Positions 1 to 12,329 of a stretch of 64,000 bases of DNA are shown here, one piece after another. Source of the stretch: Iphione sp. A-MEVVRFRX5 (taxonomy: Eukaryota); assembly GCA_976226885.1 (NCBI GenBank), contig OZ320314.1:104222001-104286000 (forward strand). Direction: 5' to 3'. The notes below the pieces were generated by a model, which worked only from the letters and a program-made list of their open reading frames with translations, was not told where the DNA came from and ran no database searches. Each line of letters starts with the position of its first letter. Position 1 is the stretch's first letter. A program made the position numbers and the translations under genes.

Positions 1-221
1 CTTTAATCTACTACTGGTATACACACTTCGCCGCGTACATGATCTTCGTGCCCGTCCGTTCACCCCTTCCTCCTCCCTCCCCCCCATGTTTACTCCCTGC
101 ATCCTTCCTCCTCCTCTACCTCCTCCTCCTGCTCCTGCCTCTCATTCTCCCATTATGCCTCCTCCTCGCCCTGCTTACCTTCGTAACCATCCTGCTCCTT
201 GTTCACCTGCCTCTCCCCCTG

Positions 222-257
222 CTCCTCCTCCTCCTCCTCCTCCTCCTCCTCCTCATT

Positions 258-308
<51 letters not shown>
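222..308. repeat. Compound trinucleotide microsatellite (CCT)n followed by (CAT)n
   Basis: Read directly. It explains the poly-P/H/L/I ORFs 39..533 and 86..331. Confidence 0.95.
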
Positions 309-309
<1 letters not shown>

Positions 310-1481
310 CCTTCCCCTTTACTACCAGTAGTTATCTAACAATCCTGGGTGCCCATTCCCATTCCGACGGTCTCTTTCTCCATGATTCTGTTATCAGACG
401 GGATCGTGTCGACAGTACGTGTAACTTTCGTGCGACTGGCGCTTCGCTCAGTTTCCCTCGAGCACGCCACCTGTCTCATGCCTGTTATTCAACGACTACC
501 TGCCTGTTATCCTACCGCATTCAAAGGCAATAATTTTCGTCTCATCCACCCGTATACATATCCTGCTATGCCGATATCGTTAACATAAGAGTTGTCATTT
601 TGGCCCACGTGATGAGGTACATATCAGGGCGTCCTGGGGTCCTCCAACTAGTGGGGATAGCAGTTTATTGTAGAACAAATAGCCTGTCAACTGCCTAACA
701 ATACAAAGGAAAATACGAACAGCGAGGATGAACGCTGGGAAGAGGGAAAACTTCGTTTCTGTAAAGACCGCATTACGTATCTGAACTTGTATTCCAGTTA
801 TCACTGAGGTCCCTTCTATAATCAACAGCAAATGTGGCCCCCTTTCGTTTCTACTAGGAAATCCATGCCCGACCTTGCTTTTAATTTGCTGCCTGTGCCA
901 TCAGGATGGACATACAACCACAGCACCTCAAACATTGGAGTTGAATGCATGATTGCATAGTTCCATATTTATCTCGATGAAACACTGTTTCATGATTATA
1001 TTGCGCTATCATGAAATCACAGCATTATATAATTTTGTTACGATGAAATTGTTCCAAACCTTTCTCTTTCTGGTTGTGTTTATTATGCTTTGAAACTGAT
1101 TAAAACCTGCTGCTGCAACTCAGTTCGTCCTTCAACTCCACCATAGGGCGTCTTTTCTCCACTAAGCCTCACATGCAATTTTCTTCCTCTCTGTGTGTTA
1201 ATGTCTCTGCCTGTCTATCTTTTTGTCTCTCCCTTTTCTAAGTCCTTTCCTAACTGACATGGTGAGATTTGTTCATGGCTTAATTTGGTCACAAGACCAT
1301 TTGTTCATGGTTCCATGTCATGATGACGTGATCAGGTCATGACATAATTTGTTTTGCTACCCGTTCCCTATCCTCTGTTTACCCTCCCATGCCTCAAAGC
1401 TACTGGTTCATATTCTTGACATCCCTTTTCATCCATCCCACCTTTCAGCTTTCAATGCCAACCGCTCTTGGAAAACCAGAA

Positions 1482-2107
1482 TTAAGGCCAAGAGCTACAG
1501 GTGGCTTAAAAATAAATAGACAAGGAACTTCGCAGATATATTCTATCCACCATTTGTAATTCAAATATGGAAAAAAAGTTGGGCTTTCAATGCTCATTTA
1601 TCCAGCAGTGATCATCAAAGGGCTGCTCCTCTTACCATGAAGTCAATGGCAGAAGAGTAAAGGAGTGGTCATTCTGGAGACAATTCATATCATAAGTTCA
1701 AAACCTGAGAAACAATTTCTGCCAAAAATTATATTTAGCCTTAATATATATGTTATTCAAGATAAAAACATAAAAATATATGGTTTCAAGGTTACTTTCT
1801 TCACAAATGGACCTGAAAAGTCTAGAACTAGAAATGTTTGTAATAGGCTGAGTAGCACAGAATTCATCATTTTTGACACATTTTATGCTGTTAGTCTAAA
1901 ACCTGGCATGTTATCATCATCAACATAACAGCAAATAAACATGTATTCTGTGTTCTATTTACTCTACAAAATGCTTCCAAAGTAAGGACACTCGCCCCTG
2001 ATGAAGCCAAAAATCAGTTTCTTGGATTAAGAACATTTTTCTTAAAATAAGAAATATCCTTGTGTGCATATTAGTTCATAAAATCGCCACTTGGCGCCTC
2101 CCGCTCT
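1482..2107 (+). mobile_element. Non-autonomous TTAA-flanked DNA element (Kolobok-like), copy 1, right end damaged
   Basis: Begins TTAA|GGCCAAGAGCTACAGGTGGC and aligns collinearly with 30982-32178. It ends CGCCACTTGGCGCCTCCCGCTCT and lacks the terminal CGCCC|TTAA seen in copy 2. TTAA duplication with RR...YY termini is the Kolobok pattern. Confidence 0.75.
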
Positions 2108-3142
2108 TCGAACCGGTACATTAGATGCTCTTTGAAATATTGCAAGAAACTGTTATTTCATTAAGGTTTATAGATGGCAAGTCAGTCTCGATATCGGTGA
2201 GAGTAGATTTATCAAAGAATATTCGGAAATGTTGAACTTTCTTTTTTGAACTCATGCAACCAACAAAACTAATTTCCCCTCCGCTACATGAACTAGTTCC
2301 AGTCGTTTAAGATTGGAACATTTAACGGTTACCAAATACATCTACTACTTTGTTCCGATATACGAACAAGTATCTTGCGCGAGGCTTTGTTACCCAGCGT
2401 TCCTCCTTCAAGCCACCCAATCCCGCCCGAAGACCCCACTGACTTGTAAATGCAATGCTGGGGGACGCACAGACGGACATTTAAAGTATACACGTACATA
2501 CATGTCAGTGATCTGAAACCTGGGCTACCAGAAATTCCATCGCAATCAGCGGCTTCCCTCATTCATCAAACGGTGCCTTTCCTCATTCAGCCCTTGCTAG
2601 CGCCACCTCTTTCGGCCGACCAAGGAGGAGAAGTCTTGCACGGATGCCTGATGAATGTAAAGAGAGGCAGTGTTCCACCAATATGGGACCCAGTGGCAAG
2701 AGCTTCTCCCCAGATCGTAGATGTCAAATAGCATTTTCGTGTATGCTCCTTCCATTTAGCCTCGCTGAGTGGTATCCAATCTAAGCTGCCATTCACCTCT
2801 ACCACGGCAAATAAGGCCGTATATGGAGCAACTTCAATCGTAGCCCAATTACGCTATCCAGAGGAAGTAACAGACGAGCAACAAAATGGAAAGACAAATC
2901 ATGGTAATCCGTGAAGGGACCATTAAATTTGGGCTGTATTGGATAGGATTGAATGGGCCGAATATTGGCATGCTACTTGCTATGAACCTGTGTGTTATGT
3001 TTGGTACGGAGGTCGCTGTCGAAGGGTGCTGTGCGCCCTTACCTTTCGCAAATCGATATGAACCCACGCAGACACGCACCCGAGCGGATGTACATGTACA
3101 TACACACGCTCAGTCTCTCTGTCACTAAGTTACTCTCCCTCC

Positions 3143-3144
3143 TC

Positions 3145-3213
<69 letters not shown>
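3143..3213. repeat. (TCTG)n(TC)n microsatellite
   Basis: Read directly. Confidence 0.95.
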
Positions 3214-3215
<2 letters not shown>

Positions 3216-4016
3216 CACACACACACATGCTGCCCTCACAATGAATTCTGCCCGTGTAAGGTGCAGAGTGACATTGAGTAGTGTGGGCTACAAATCACGG
3301 CACCCGCCAACACAGCACCAAGGGTGACTCGGGGTCAGTCCGCCCCTTCTCCCCTGACCTCGGCCTATTACTAACACCAACACACCTCACAGCCCCGTTT
3401 CCTCCTTCCCAACCACCGTCCTGTCATAGATCCATTGCCCCCCCCCCCTCTCACCCCACCTCCCGACAAACCCCGTAAACGGTGCATATTGATAAAGGTG
3501 ATTGATTCAGTGGGACGGCAGTGGACCTCCTGAGCAATACTTCAAAACAGCAGCCCCCCCCCTCGCTCTAGGCTTTCACCTGCAGCGGCAGTGTACCTCC
3601 TGCTGGGCGAGCAGTCAGCATAAGACGTGGCGGCTGATGGCGACGATGCAGATGAAGGGCGACACATCTTGATTCATTAAGCCTTTGTTGCGGCGCGCGC
3701 CGGTGACTAACGATTGACACCCGCCAACTTGAATGGTAATGAATGCATTTAGCCGGCGAGATTAACGGGCCCGTAATGACCGGATTAGGCCGCCCGCCGC
3801 CCGCCGCCCGCCCAGGACGGCCACTGCCGCCTGATTTACCGACTAGCTACTACCGGGACGAGAGGACGGCTGGTGGACAGTCAGAGAATGCTTACAGGCG
3901 AAGAGTTGGGTCGAGAATGGTCAGCGATGGATGAGGGATGGTCCAGATGGCAGGGATGACTTAAGCATGGCTCGTGGGGCCAGGAAGGGTCTCTAATAGC
4001 TGAGATGTGTCGATGG

Positions 4017-4175
4017 TATCCGCAGATGGTCTCATATCTGGGATTAGTCGATTGCATCCAGGGATGGTATTTATGACTGGCACTGGTTGGTAGTATCCAG
4101 GGATGGTCTCATGTTAGGGATTGGTTGGTGATTTCCACGTCTGGTATTATGATTGGGGTTGGTTGAGCCAAGGGT
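4017..4175. repeat. Degenerate ~39-bp minisatellite, about 4 units
   Basis: The motif ATCCAGGGATGGT(C/A)T...GG.TTGGT recurs at about 4018, 4056, 4095 and 4133. Confidence 0.7.
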
Positions 4176-6309
4176 TGATTTTCAAGGGTTGCTTTTATAA
4201 CTAGGAACGATTAGCGTCGTTCAGGCATACTCACGTAGCTTGGAATGGTCGGTGTGGCATGAGACCGCTGGGATGGCCAGGTGACTGAACCTATAGCTGG
4301 ATGCATCAGGGACCCTTATCTGACGACCTCAGGACTAAATTCCATGTACCTGTGTTTCGATCGTATTTTGGACCGTGTTTCCATCTGTTTTTTTTTCAGA
4401 AACACTTTACCGTAGAAGTGCTTCCATGTGCCCGTTTATATTGGGTAAAACACAGATCTGCTTTGGAGATTGGGATCTGTCCCAAGTTTCACAGTGCACG
4501 GATCCGGATCCTAGAAGTACATGAAACAGAGACATAGACATGGAACAAAAAGGCAAATCCCTACACACTTCCGAACGGTTCAGGGGTAAAAACCGGAGTT
4601 TTACTGAATTTCAGCAGTCGGCGAAGTTGCCCGGATGGTCGACCAGGCATGGTGGGACGGCTTGGGTGGTGCCTGGTAAAAAGCACAACTGTCTCGTCAG
4701 GTCGGTGAGGAGGTGGGCAATGTGGCGGATGGGGAGGGGAAGGAGGAAGGGGAAGGTAGAGAGGGTAAAGTAGGGTGAGGCGGCATGACAGGTGCTGACT
4801 ACGGCGCCGCTGGGCTCGATATAAGGAGGGCATTACGCTCCCCTGTCTCCATGTCTCACGCATACGTCTCCTCTCATAATATGTAAGTTATCGCGGCTGG
4901 GCTGCTCTCGCACCAGATGTTTGCCAGATGCCCCAAGCAGCTTCATCATTGAGACCTATCCCGCCTGATTGACCATGTGAGTGCGTGTAGTCATTTATAA
5001 CACCCTGTCCATATTGCTTACCTACATCAAGCGTATATCAAGAGAATATCTTTGGCCCTCTTATCGGGGAAACTCTGCGGCCTTTGTTTCGTTAACATAT
5101 ATGCTGCAGCAGCGAGCACTAGGTGGTCATGGTAATTTCCAACGTATATGTGCCTAAGTATGAATTATTCGAGCCCTTGCATATACCCCAGACAGGAACC
5201 GGTGTTAATCATTTCAGTGAGGAAATTATTATCATTAATTGAACTAATGCGTCCTTTTAGAACTGTTACTATGCTGGCAATAACGTGGTCAGTAATCTCG
5301 CTCCTCCACTTCCTTTATCTCCAAGAAATTACTCGCGTTACCTCTTTAGTCATCTAATGCAAGAGATGATTTGAATATCAAGACATCCTATATGCAACTA
5401 CTCTCATCCCATTAGTGGGACCATTCGTCCCACTCTCTCCTTTAGCCCGCCTAAAACCCCCATTTCTATATACTACTTAATACTTCAGCCCCGCGTAGGA
5501 CGAAATCATTGCAGCAAGTCGTGAGCGCTGCAGAGATTGATGAAAGACTGGAACAATTGTTTGCTTATTCTCATAGTCAATTAAGGAACTACCAGCCGCA
5601 AATGACCCGCAAAACGTCATGAATCGACCCCTTATTCTTTGCACACTGAATGTAATGATACCATTAAGACAGGAGCATGTCTGCTTGTGGCTCGCGTCAG
5701 GAGCATACACTTGTTGATACGCTATGGTTGTGACAAGGCTACGGGACGAGTTCATGTGAATAGGGAAGGGTCGCTTACGGGTCTTATGGCCTCAGTGTTT
5801 CTATAGGTAGGAACTTAACGCAGGGCATTATCCTGTCAATAAACACACACATATATAATATACACATAATGAAATACTTGTACATTAATTCATTTTATTC
5901 ATTCGTATGGCTAAATACATTTACTTCCAATAATTCCCTCATCAGTTTTCAGTTCCCCGGAGTATAGAAAATGCTAACGTGTACAGTACGCACCTTTGAC
6001 AAAACATACCGGCTCTGCGTAATTATATCAGCCTGAAATGAACTACCCTCATACCCCCCTCCCCGCTCTCAGCACTATTACCGCTCACATACGGTGTGTA
6101 CACATGTTCACTCCCACTCACACCCGAGTGCACAGAATCGTGTTTCACCTTTTTCTATTCTGACCAAATGAGGAGAAAGAACTCGAGCAGTGCAGCTGGG
6201 TCACCGCGACCTAGAAAAAAATGCCTTTATGTGCATGCATAATGGGTACGGAAACAGAGGATACTTGTTAGCTTGGAGCCTCAGAAGCGTTTTTTTTTCG
6301 GACGAGTTG

Positions 6310-7080
6310 CCTTAAAAGGATGCTCCATAATTCCCAACTAGCTTCCTGTCCATTCCCCCATCGCATCTTGTCGCCAGGCGTTCCCTGCCACTATTTAAAC
6401 CCGAATTCCGCTCAGCGCCTTTCTTATCCAACCCTGGCTCACTGTTGCCTGTCCCACGGCCCTCCTGCCTCCTGGCTGCCCGTGTCCTTTCTATCTCACG
6501 CCATTCAGGCCATAAACATTGCCTAGGTGATGTCCAGCCCAACCATCAAAGAATACTTTTCGATGTTCTCCCTATCCAGCAACCATTCTCTTCACATGCT
6601 CCGTTTCAGAGAAAGGGTTTTTTTTTTGAAGATACGTGTCTGCTCTTGCTGTTCCCATGGTTAAACATGGACAAAACGTTGCCTCGCGATGGGAACATCT
6701 GTCCACATATTGATTGCGACAGCCTGTCTGTCCGTTTACAGCTCTCTATCCAGCTATGTGTAAGCCTTTCCGGTTCATAACTGTAAGAGCAGGTCCCTTC
6801 AAAAACGAGCCAAAGCCTACCTGTCCGCGCACTATCCTTGCCGGCAGCGCCCTTCCAGCAGTCAACAGGCTACGTCCCGTTGCGCAGCATGCAGAAGGCA
6901 TTTCTTGGGGTGATTATTGCGGTGGCCCTGAGTTTATTGAGGCTGACCCGCCTGCCATCCATCAAGACAGATCGTTTTACCGTGACCAACATCGTGCGCA
7001 CGTCTCGTGCCATGATTGGCAACTCTTTTTTACTTGCTTCTCATTACCACAGTACCTGCCAATGGCGAAAGATTGGTACT
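6310..7080 (-). mobile_element. Highly decayed non-LTR retrotransposon reverse-transcriptase remnant
   Basis: Manual minus-strand translation gives RT-like motifs in the expected order: FCMLRNGT*PVDCWKGA (P..WK.A), about 105 codons later SLMVGLDIT*AMF (LD..KAF), then WIRKALSGIRV (W..SFLSGR) and GNGQEASWELWSILL (GVPQGS..SP.LW-like). Many stops and frameshifts. Confidence 0.5.
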
Positions 7081-9598
7081 CATGCGTATGCCTGCGTGAG
7101 GCATTCTGTCGGCACATGTGGAAAGATGTAGATGTAAGTCAAGAGAAAGAACCCATTTATTTGTTTAAAGGTGAAGTACCTAATAATGGACCAAGGCGAA
7201 AATACAGGTGGTCAAACCTTATCTGGTGTCTGTTCTTACCTATCTGTTTAAGGCTGAGTGTGTGCGAATATGCACATATGTAACATCACACGTCCTCAGC
7301 AAATTATACCGTTCGTTCATGTCTGCGTATGTGGTCTACTTTGTTTATTTTTGTTTCAAAAACCAAAAGTGTAACCCTTTCCTGTATGTTTGATAGTGAG
7401 TCTGAACAAGTGGCATTCCTTCACAGACAGCCACAGTGACATCCCAATCAACTGACCCTCCCTTTCCCAACTTAATGACAACCGCTCCCCCCCCCCACCA
7501 CGTCTTTTTCCACTGCCTGTCCGCCTCTCAATTCTGCGACAAGGGCGGCTACGCCCCCAACTGGGCCGATCTTTCCGATCGTTTATTCATCTCGCAGCCG
7601 ATCTGCGAATGTGACACCAAGCAATTTGTCGTGGCCACGCTACCCTGAAGCGGCGCCCATTGGACGGCGGCTCACTTCAAAGTTTCAGGTTCAGCCAAGC
7701 GGCAAGCCTCTATCACTCGAACCGCCGGCTACACTTAAGCGGGCGCCGGCGCGGCAATTGTGTCTATTGTCTCGACGAACGATGAATAATTTGAGGAGGC
7801 TGCGTCGCTTGATTATGCCTTAATTGTCATAAATGAGATCGGTCGCCGCGTTCCGAGGTTTCGAAGAGATCGACGGGTTGGGGGAACAGATGTGCTCAGA
7901 ATACCAATAGAGAGACATCGAGTCGGACAGGCAGGACGCCAGTTGTATGAGAGAAGAATACGAACTGTGTGCGTATGTGTGCCAGAGAGACAGAGAGAGT
8001 GAGAAAGGAAGAGAGAGAGAAAGAGAGAGAGGCGAGCAACGGCCGAGACATATGACAAACTGCATGGGCGTTAATCCAGTCAGGGCGATTTGATAAAATA
8101 TACCATAAGGATCGTGGCTAGGAGGAGAAGTTGTGTGGACAAATGCATATAAATACTTTTAGCGGCCCATAATAATATAAACTATGAATAGGGACACACA
8201 CAGTGGACAAATAGAAGTGGAAAATCTGCTAATGTTTAAATGATTCTGAATTCAAATTAGAAGTTGGAAATATCTCAGCAGTCTTTAAGGGACACGAGAC
8301 AGAAGGGAGCGAGCGATAGCGAGGTACAGAATAACCAATGCGGCAAGAGACGAAATCGAAACCCATACCCACTAGACGTTCAGACAGACCAATAGGGAGA
8401 GAATGTCATACAGAGACAGGCTGGGAAAGAAAAGTCCCAGACAGGCACTTGCACAGTCGCCAGGAAATCAGAACGCGTTTCGACTTAAACGGGCATTAAT
8501 TATTGACAGAGCGCAGAAATCCGACAGAGCGGGTGACAACAGTAGCGCCCACGAGTGGGACAGTCCAGAGAGGGGCGAGCAACTCAGGTCGGCTGCTTCA
8601 CAGGAGGAGGAAGGACAGGGGGAGCAGGAGGAGCAGGACGTGCTCTAGCTGCACGAGCAGGGGACCCACATGGACGGACGGATGGACGTGGTGATGTTGG
8701 TAGGTCCTGTCAGGCCTGTCCTGGTTGGCACGGGGACTTGCGGGGGGACGGGTGGTAAGGGAAGGTTGGGGGATGACTGACAATAAATGTAATGGTTCCC
8801 AATGGGCCAATGCCGGATCCCAGGGCCGGAGAGAAGGCGACGGCAGCGACGAGCTTAGGGCCGCCTTGGGGACGAGGGGAGGGGCCCCCTGAGGGGGAAG
8901 ACCTCGGCAGGGACGTTATGGAGGCACTGTGTCTCTGTCAGCCGCGGTGGTAACAACAGCAAGGGAGACTTGGGAATGAAAGGTGCAGGATATGGTTCTG
9001 AGGCTGGTGGCGTGTTAAATTTGGTGGATGTGTGTGAGCTCGTGCTTCTCAATAACTTATTTAATTTGATGGGACAATACAACCCAATATTTTTTAGTTA
9101 AATGTGGTTATTTCCGATTATACACATGAGTATAATATAAACGAATTCGAATAAAATGGGACACAATCTCCAGAAGAAGTTTCCAGTCACCGGCTCCAAA
9201 AAAACATTGTGCCATATCATATCTGAACTATCGCCACATCGTAACTTTTCTACCCTGGAGACATGAAATCATGTCATTATGGCATAGAAAATTCATGATT
9301 TTATGACCTCGCCAAAGCCTTCTACAAGTAAAAATCACATCATACCATAACCGAATCGCACCATCAGCAAAATCATGCAATCTCAACACTTCACTAATCA
9401 ACGCTTCTTATGTCTACCTCTCCTCCTCCCCCCCCCCCCGCGCCCTTTCCTATGTACTTACCTCCGACTTCCGTATTCCATACCTTTATACCATCATACG
9501 AGGGGACGCTTTCTCTCAACAGATAATGAGATGGTATCTAAAAATACCACAGTGTTTTCAATCATATTATAGGATAAGTCAGGTTCTCATTACATGTA

Positions 9599-9969
9599 AG
9601 TGACACTGTATTAATATGTTCAATCTACACCACTGAATCTGGATCTGAATGCATCTACCTTTGCTGGTACTTGAGTCGCTGTCTCCGTGGGAAGGGGGAG
9701 TAGGAGCTAGGAGTGGGAACAAGAAAGCGGTCAGGAGATGGGGCTTTGAGGAGAGATAGGCATGAGGGAAAAGGAGAGATTGTGAGGAGGAGCAGGTCAT
9801 GGAGAAGGGGAAGCAGGGAGGGAGGGAGGAGGAGGAGTGTAGTATGAGGAGACCCATTGTGAATCCTAGTATGTTGAGACACACGCTCGGCAGATATGAC
9901 AGGATATTGAGACAAGATTGCAACATGACAGTTTAAGATATGGTGTGGAATGTCTAATACAGTGTCACT
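9599..9969. repeat. Segment bounded by a perfect 15-bp inverted repeat (possible MITE remnant) enclosing a purine-rich tract
   Basis: AGTGACACTGTATTA (9599-9613) and TAATACAGTGTCACT (9955-9969). No clear TSD. Confidence 0.45.
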
Positions 9970-10106
9970 CCTATTATACTAAGACATATGTATACACAGA
10001 GCCCCTAAAACTGCTACTTTGTTTTATATAGTTGAACTATATCAGTGTACTCTACTGTGTAAGTGGGTAGTCTAGTAGTGGTACATTGTGGTTATGGTGT
10101 AATATA

Positions 10107-10835
10107 CAGTAGACTCTCTCGATTCCGGACACCCTTCGTTCTGCGTCAAACCGTCCGCATTTGAGACGCGTCCGCATTGGAGATCGCTACAGGGGGGTCA
10201 AACTAGAAAATGAAATCCCTTTCTCCCTCTCTCTCTATAAATTAATCTAACAAGTTAAGGTCCAAAAAGTACTGAATTTGACCAGTTAAAGTCCTAAAAG
10301 TCCTGAATTTGACCAGTTAAAGTCCAAAAAGTACTGAATTTGACCAGTAAAAGTCCTAAAAGTACTGAATTTGACCAGTAAAAGTCCTAAAAGTCCTGAA
10401 TTTGACCAGTAAAGTCCAAAAAGTACTGACTTCTGTCCATAGGGTTTATTCATGTCTACCTTTGAAAATGACTCCTGGAGCCTCTCTAGGGCCCCAAATT
10501 CGCGCGACAACACCTCGTCCACAGGGGTTATACATCTATACCTTTGAAAAATGACTTCTGGAGCCTCTCTAGGGCCCCAAATTCGCGCGACAACACTTCG
10601 TTCAAGGTGTGAATTTGCATTTCAAGGTGTGAATTCGCACAAAAACATGTACAGAGGGGTCAAACACTAGCCTTTGAGGGTGTCCAGAGGGAGACGCTCT
10701 GAAAAATTAGCTGTCCGCATTGGAGACGTCAGCTCATAATGGTTAACTATGGGAAAGCAGTTCATTCTGCGTCAAATCGTCCGCATTGGAGACGCGTCCA
10801 CATTGGAGACGCGTCCGCGGGGAGGGAGTCTACTG
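10107..10835. mobile_element. TA-flanked MITE (Tc1/mariner-pogo/Tigger-like)
   Basis: TA|CAGTAGACTC ... GAGTCTACTG|TA. The subterminal motif GTCCGCATTGGAGACGC repeats at both ends. Internal 31-bp array and an ~82-bp tandem duplication (10457-10600). No ORF. Confidence 0.85.
10260..10429. repeat. 31-bp minisatellite, about 5.5 units
   Basis: Unit GTCC(A/T)AAAAGT(A/C)CTGAATTTGACCAGT(T/A)AAA, head-to-tail with no spacers. Confidence 0.95.
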
Positions 10836-12329
10836 TAGTAATTGACACATCATTGTACTGTCACATAACCATGCCCACTTATCACAACATGAGAGTCATA
10901 CTTTCACTATGGTCATGAACAATGTTCCAAATTTTTAAAAAAGGTTCCTAGTCATAGTATCAGTGTACTGCACTTTCTGATATACTTTGAAAAAAAATAT
11001 AGATGCCTCACCATGTTCTCACTGGATATAATGTCTATGCATTTACAAAACCACATAATGACATGTGACGGTCATTATTCTAATACGGTCATGTCTGAGT
11101 GACAGGGTTGCTCAAATGTCATCTGCACAGATTGGTTATATGAGTCACATGACAAAATAGCATAATGTCATTGGCTATCGAGCAGTTTGATTGACAGATA
11201 TTGTGACCATAAAACATGTTGTCCTATGACGCAGCGATGTATCAATTGGATGCCTTGGTTATGGCATGCTCTTTTGAGGACGTGAACTGTTTTGGATAAT
11301 GTCATGACAAAATATATAGTTATGTGGTGGAGCACCTCCATCCCAGAAGAAAAAAAATGTCTAATGTCTTGTTTTAGTTTAATATATTTTATTACAAACC
11401 ACTACTAACCGACCTCAACCTGCGTTGTTGATTGACGCTTTTTTCATATAATTCTGTATTGGTTTCTTGTAATCTCCCCGGTGGCAGGACTCCCATGTCC
11501 ACCTTTGTATACGTCCATTAAAGTATCAAAGAGATTGATAAATAGAAGATGCAATAACATGGAAGAGGATACTTCGGTGAGAATAAAAGGATGAACGTGC
11601 GGTTATTCGGATGGTATTAGCGGGCGCGTCGAAGCTGTCCCCGTCATTACATCATCTATGTCCTAACGTTCATTTCACAAGGGAAGGTGAGACTGCACTA
11701 CGATGAGCCAGGTGGGCACATCAATTGGTGGTGAGTGAGAGTGCGGTAAAGGTTCACCTGTAGTGTTACCTTGGATCGTCTGGCGCAGGCCTCCCGTTTA
11801 CCAAATGCGGTAAATGAGTGATTGGGGGGCAACATACGGCCGAGTAGGCTTAGCATGGCACATGTTGCCGGGAGAGCAGAAGCAACAATCCACAATAAAG
11901 GCTGATGGCAAATAGGCTGTGAGGATGGCAGGGGCAGGCGGTTGTCGGGTGATTGCATGGCCTCGAGGAGAGCGTTTGAAAAGGCCTGGTGGCGATGAGT
12001 AGATGGTAGCAGGTGTTAGAAACATGATCAGTCCTAACACCCGGTCCACTTTTAGCTTTGGACCGATGGTGTGAGCACATTCTCAAAGGACGACCCACAA
12101 AGTCGGCAATGCATTTGTTAACTGCTTTCAATCTGGTAGAGAAAGGGTATTTGACAATCCGATGCGATGCAGTTCATTTGCGGAGCAGCTGAACTGTCAC
12201 TGGGCAGTGAAAATAAGGTCTCTAAAGTTGTGAAAATGTACAGGGGTCAGAGGATTATGCCTAGTCCAGAATATACATACAAATATATACAGTTATGTCG
12301 ATAGATAAGTACAATACAAAGATAGCCTT

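Noticed and set aside
39-533. ORFs with poly-Pro, poly-His, poly-Leu and poly-Ile
   Set aside because: They are translations of (CCT)n and (CAT)n microsatellites, which are stop-free by construction. No domain or splice support.
10260-10429. 31-bp repeats of CRISPR-like length (also at 36376 and 61126)
   Set aside because: The units are head-to-tail with no unique spacers, there are no cas genes, and the context is eukaryotic.
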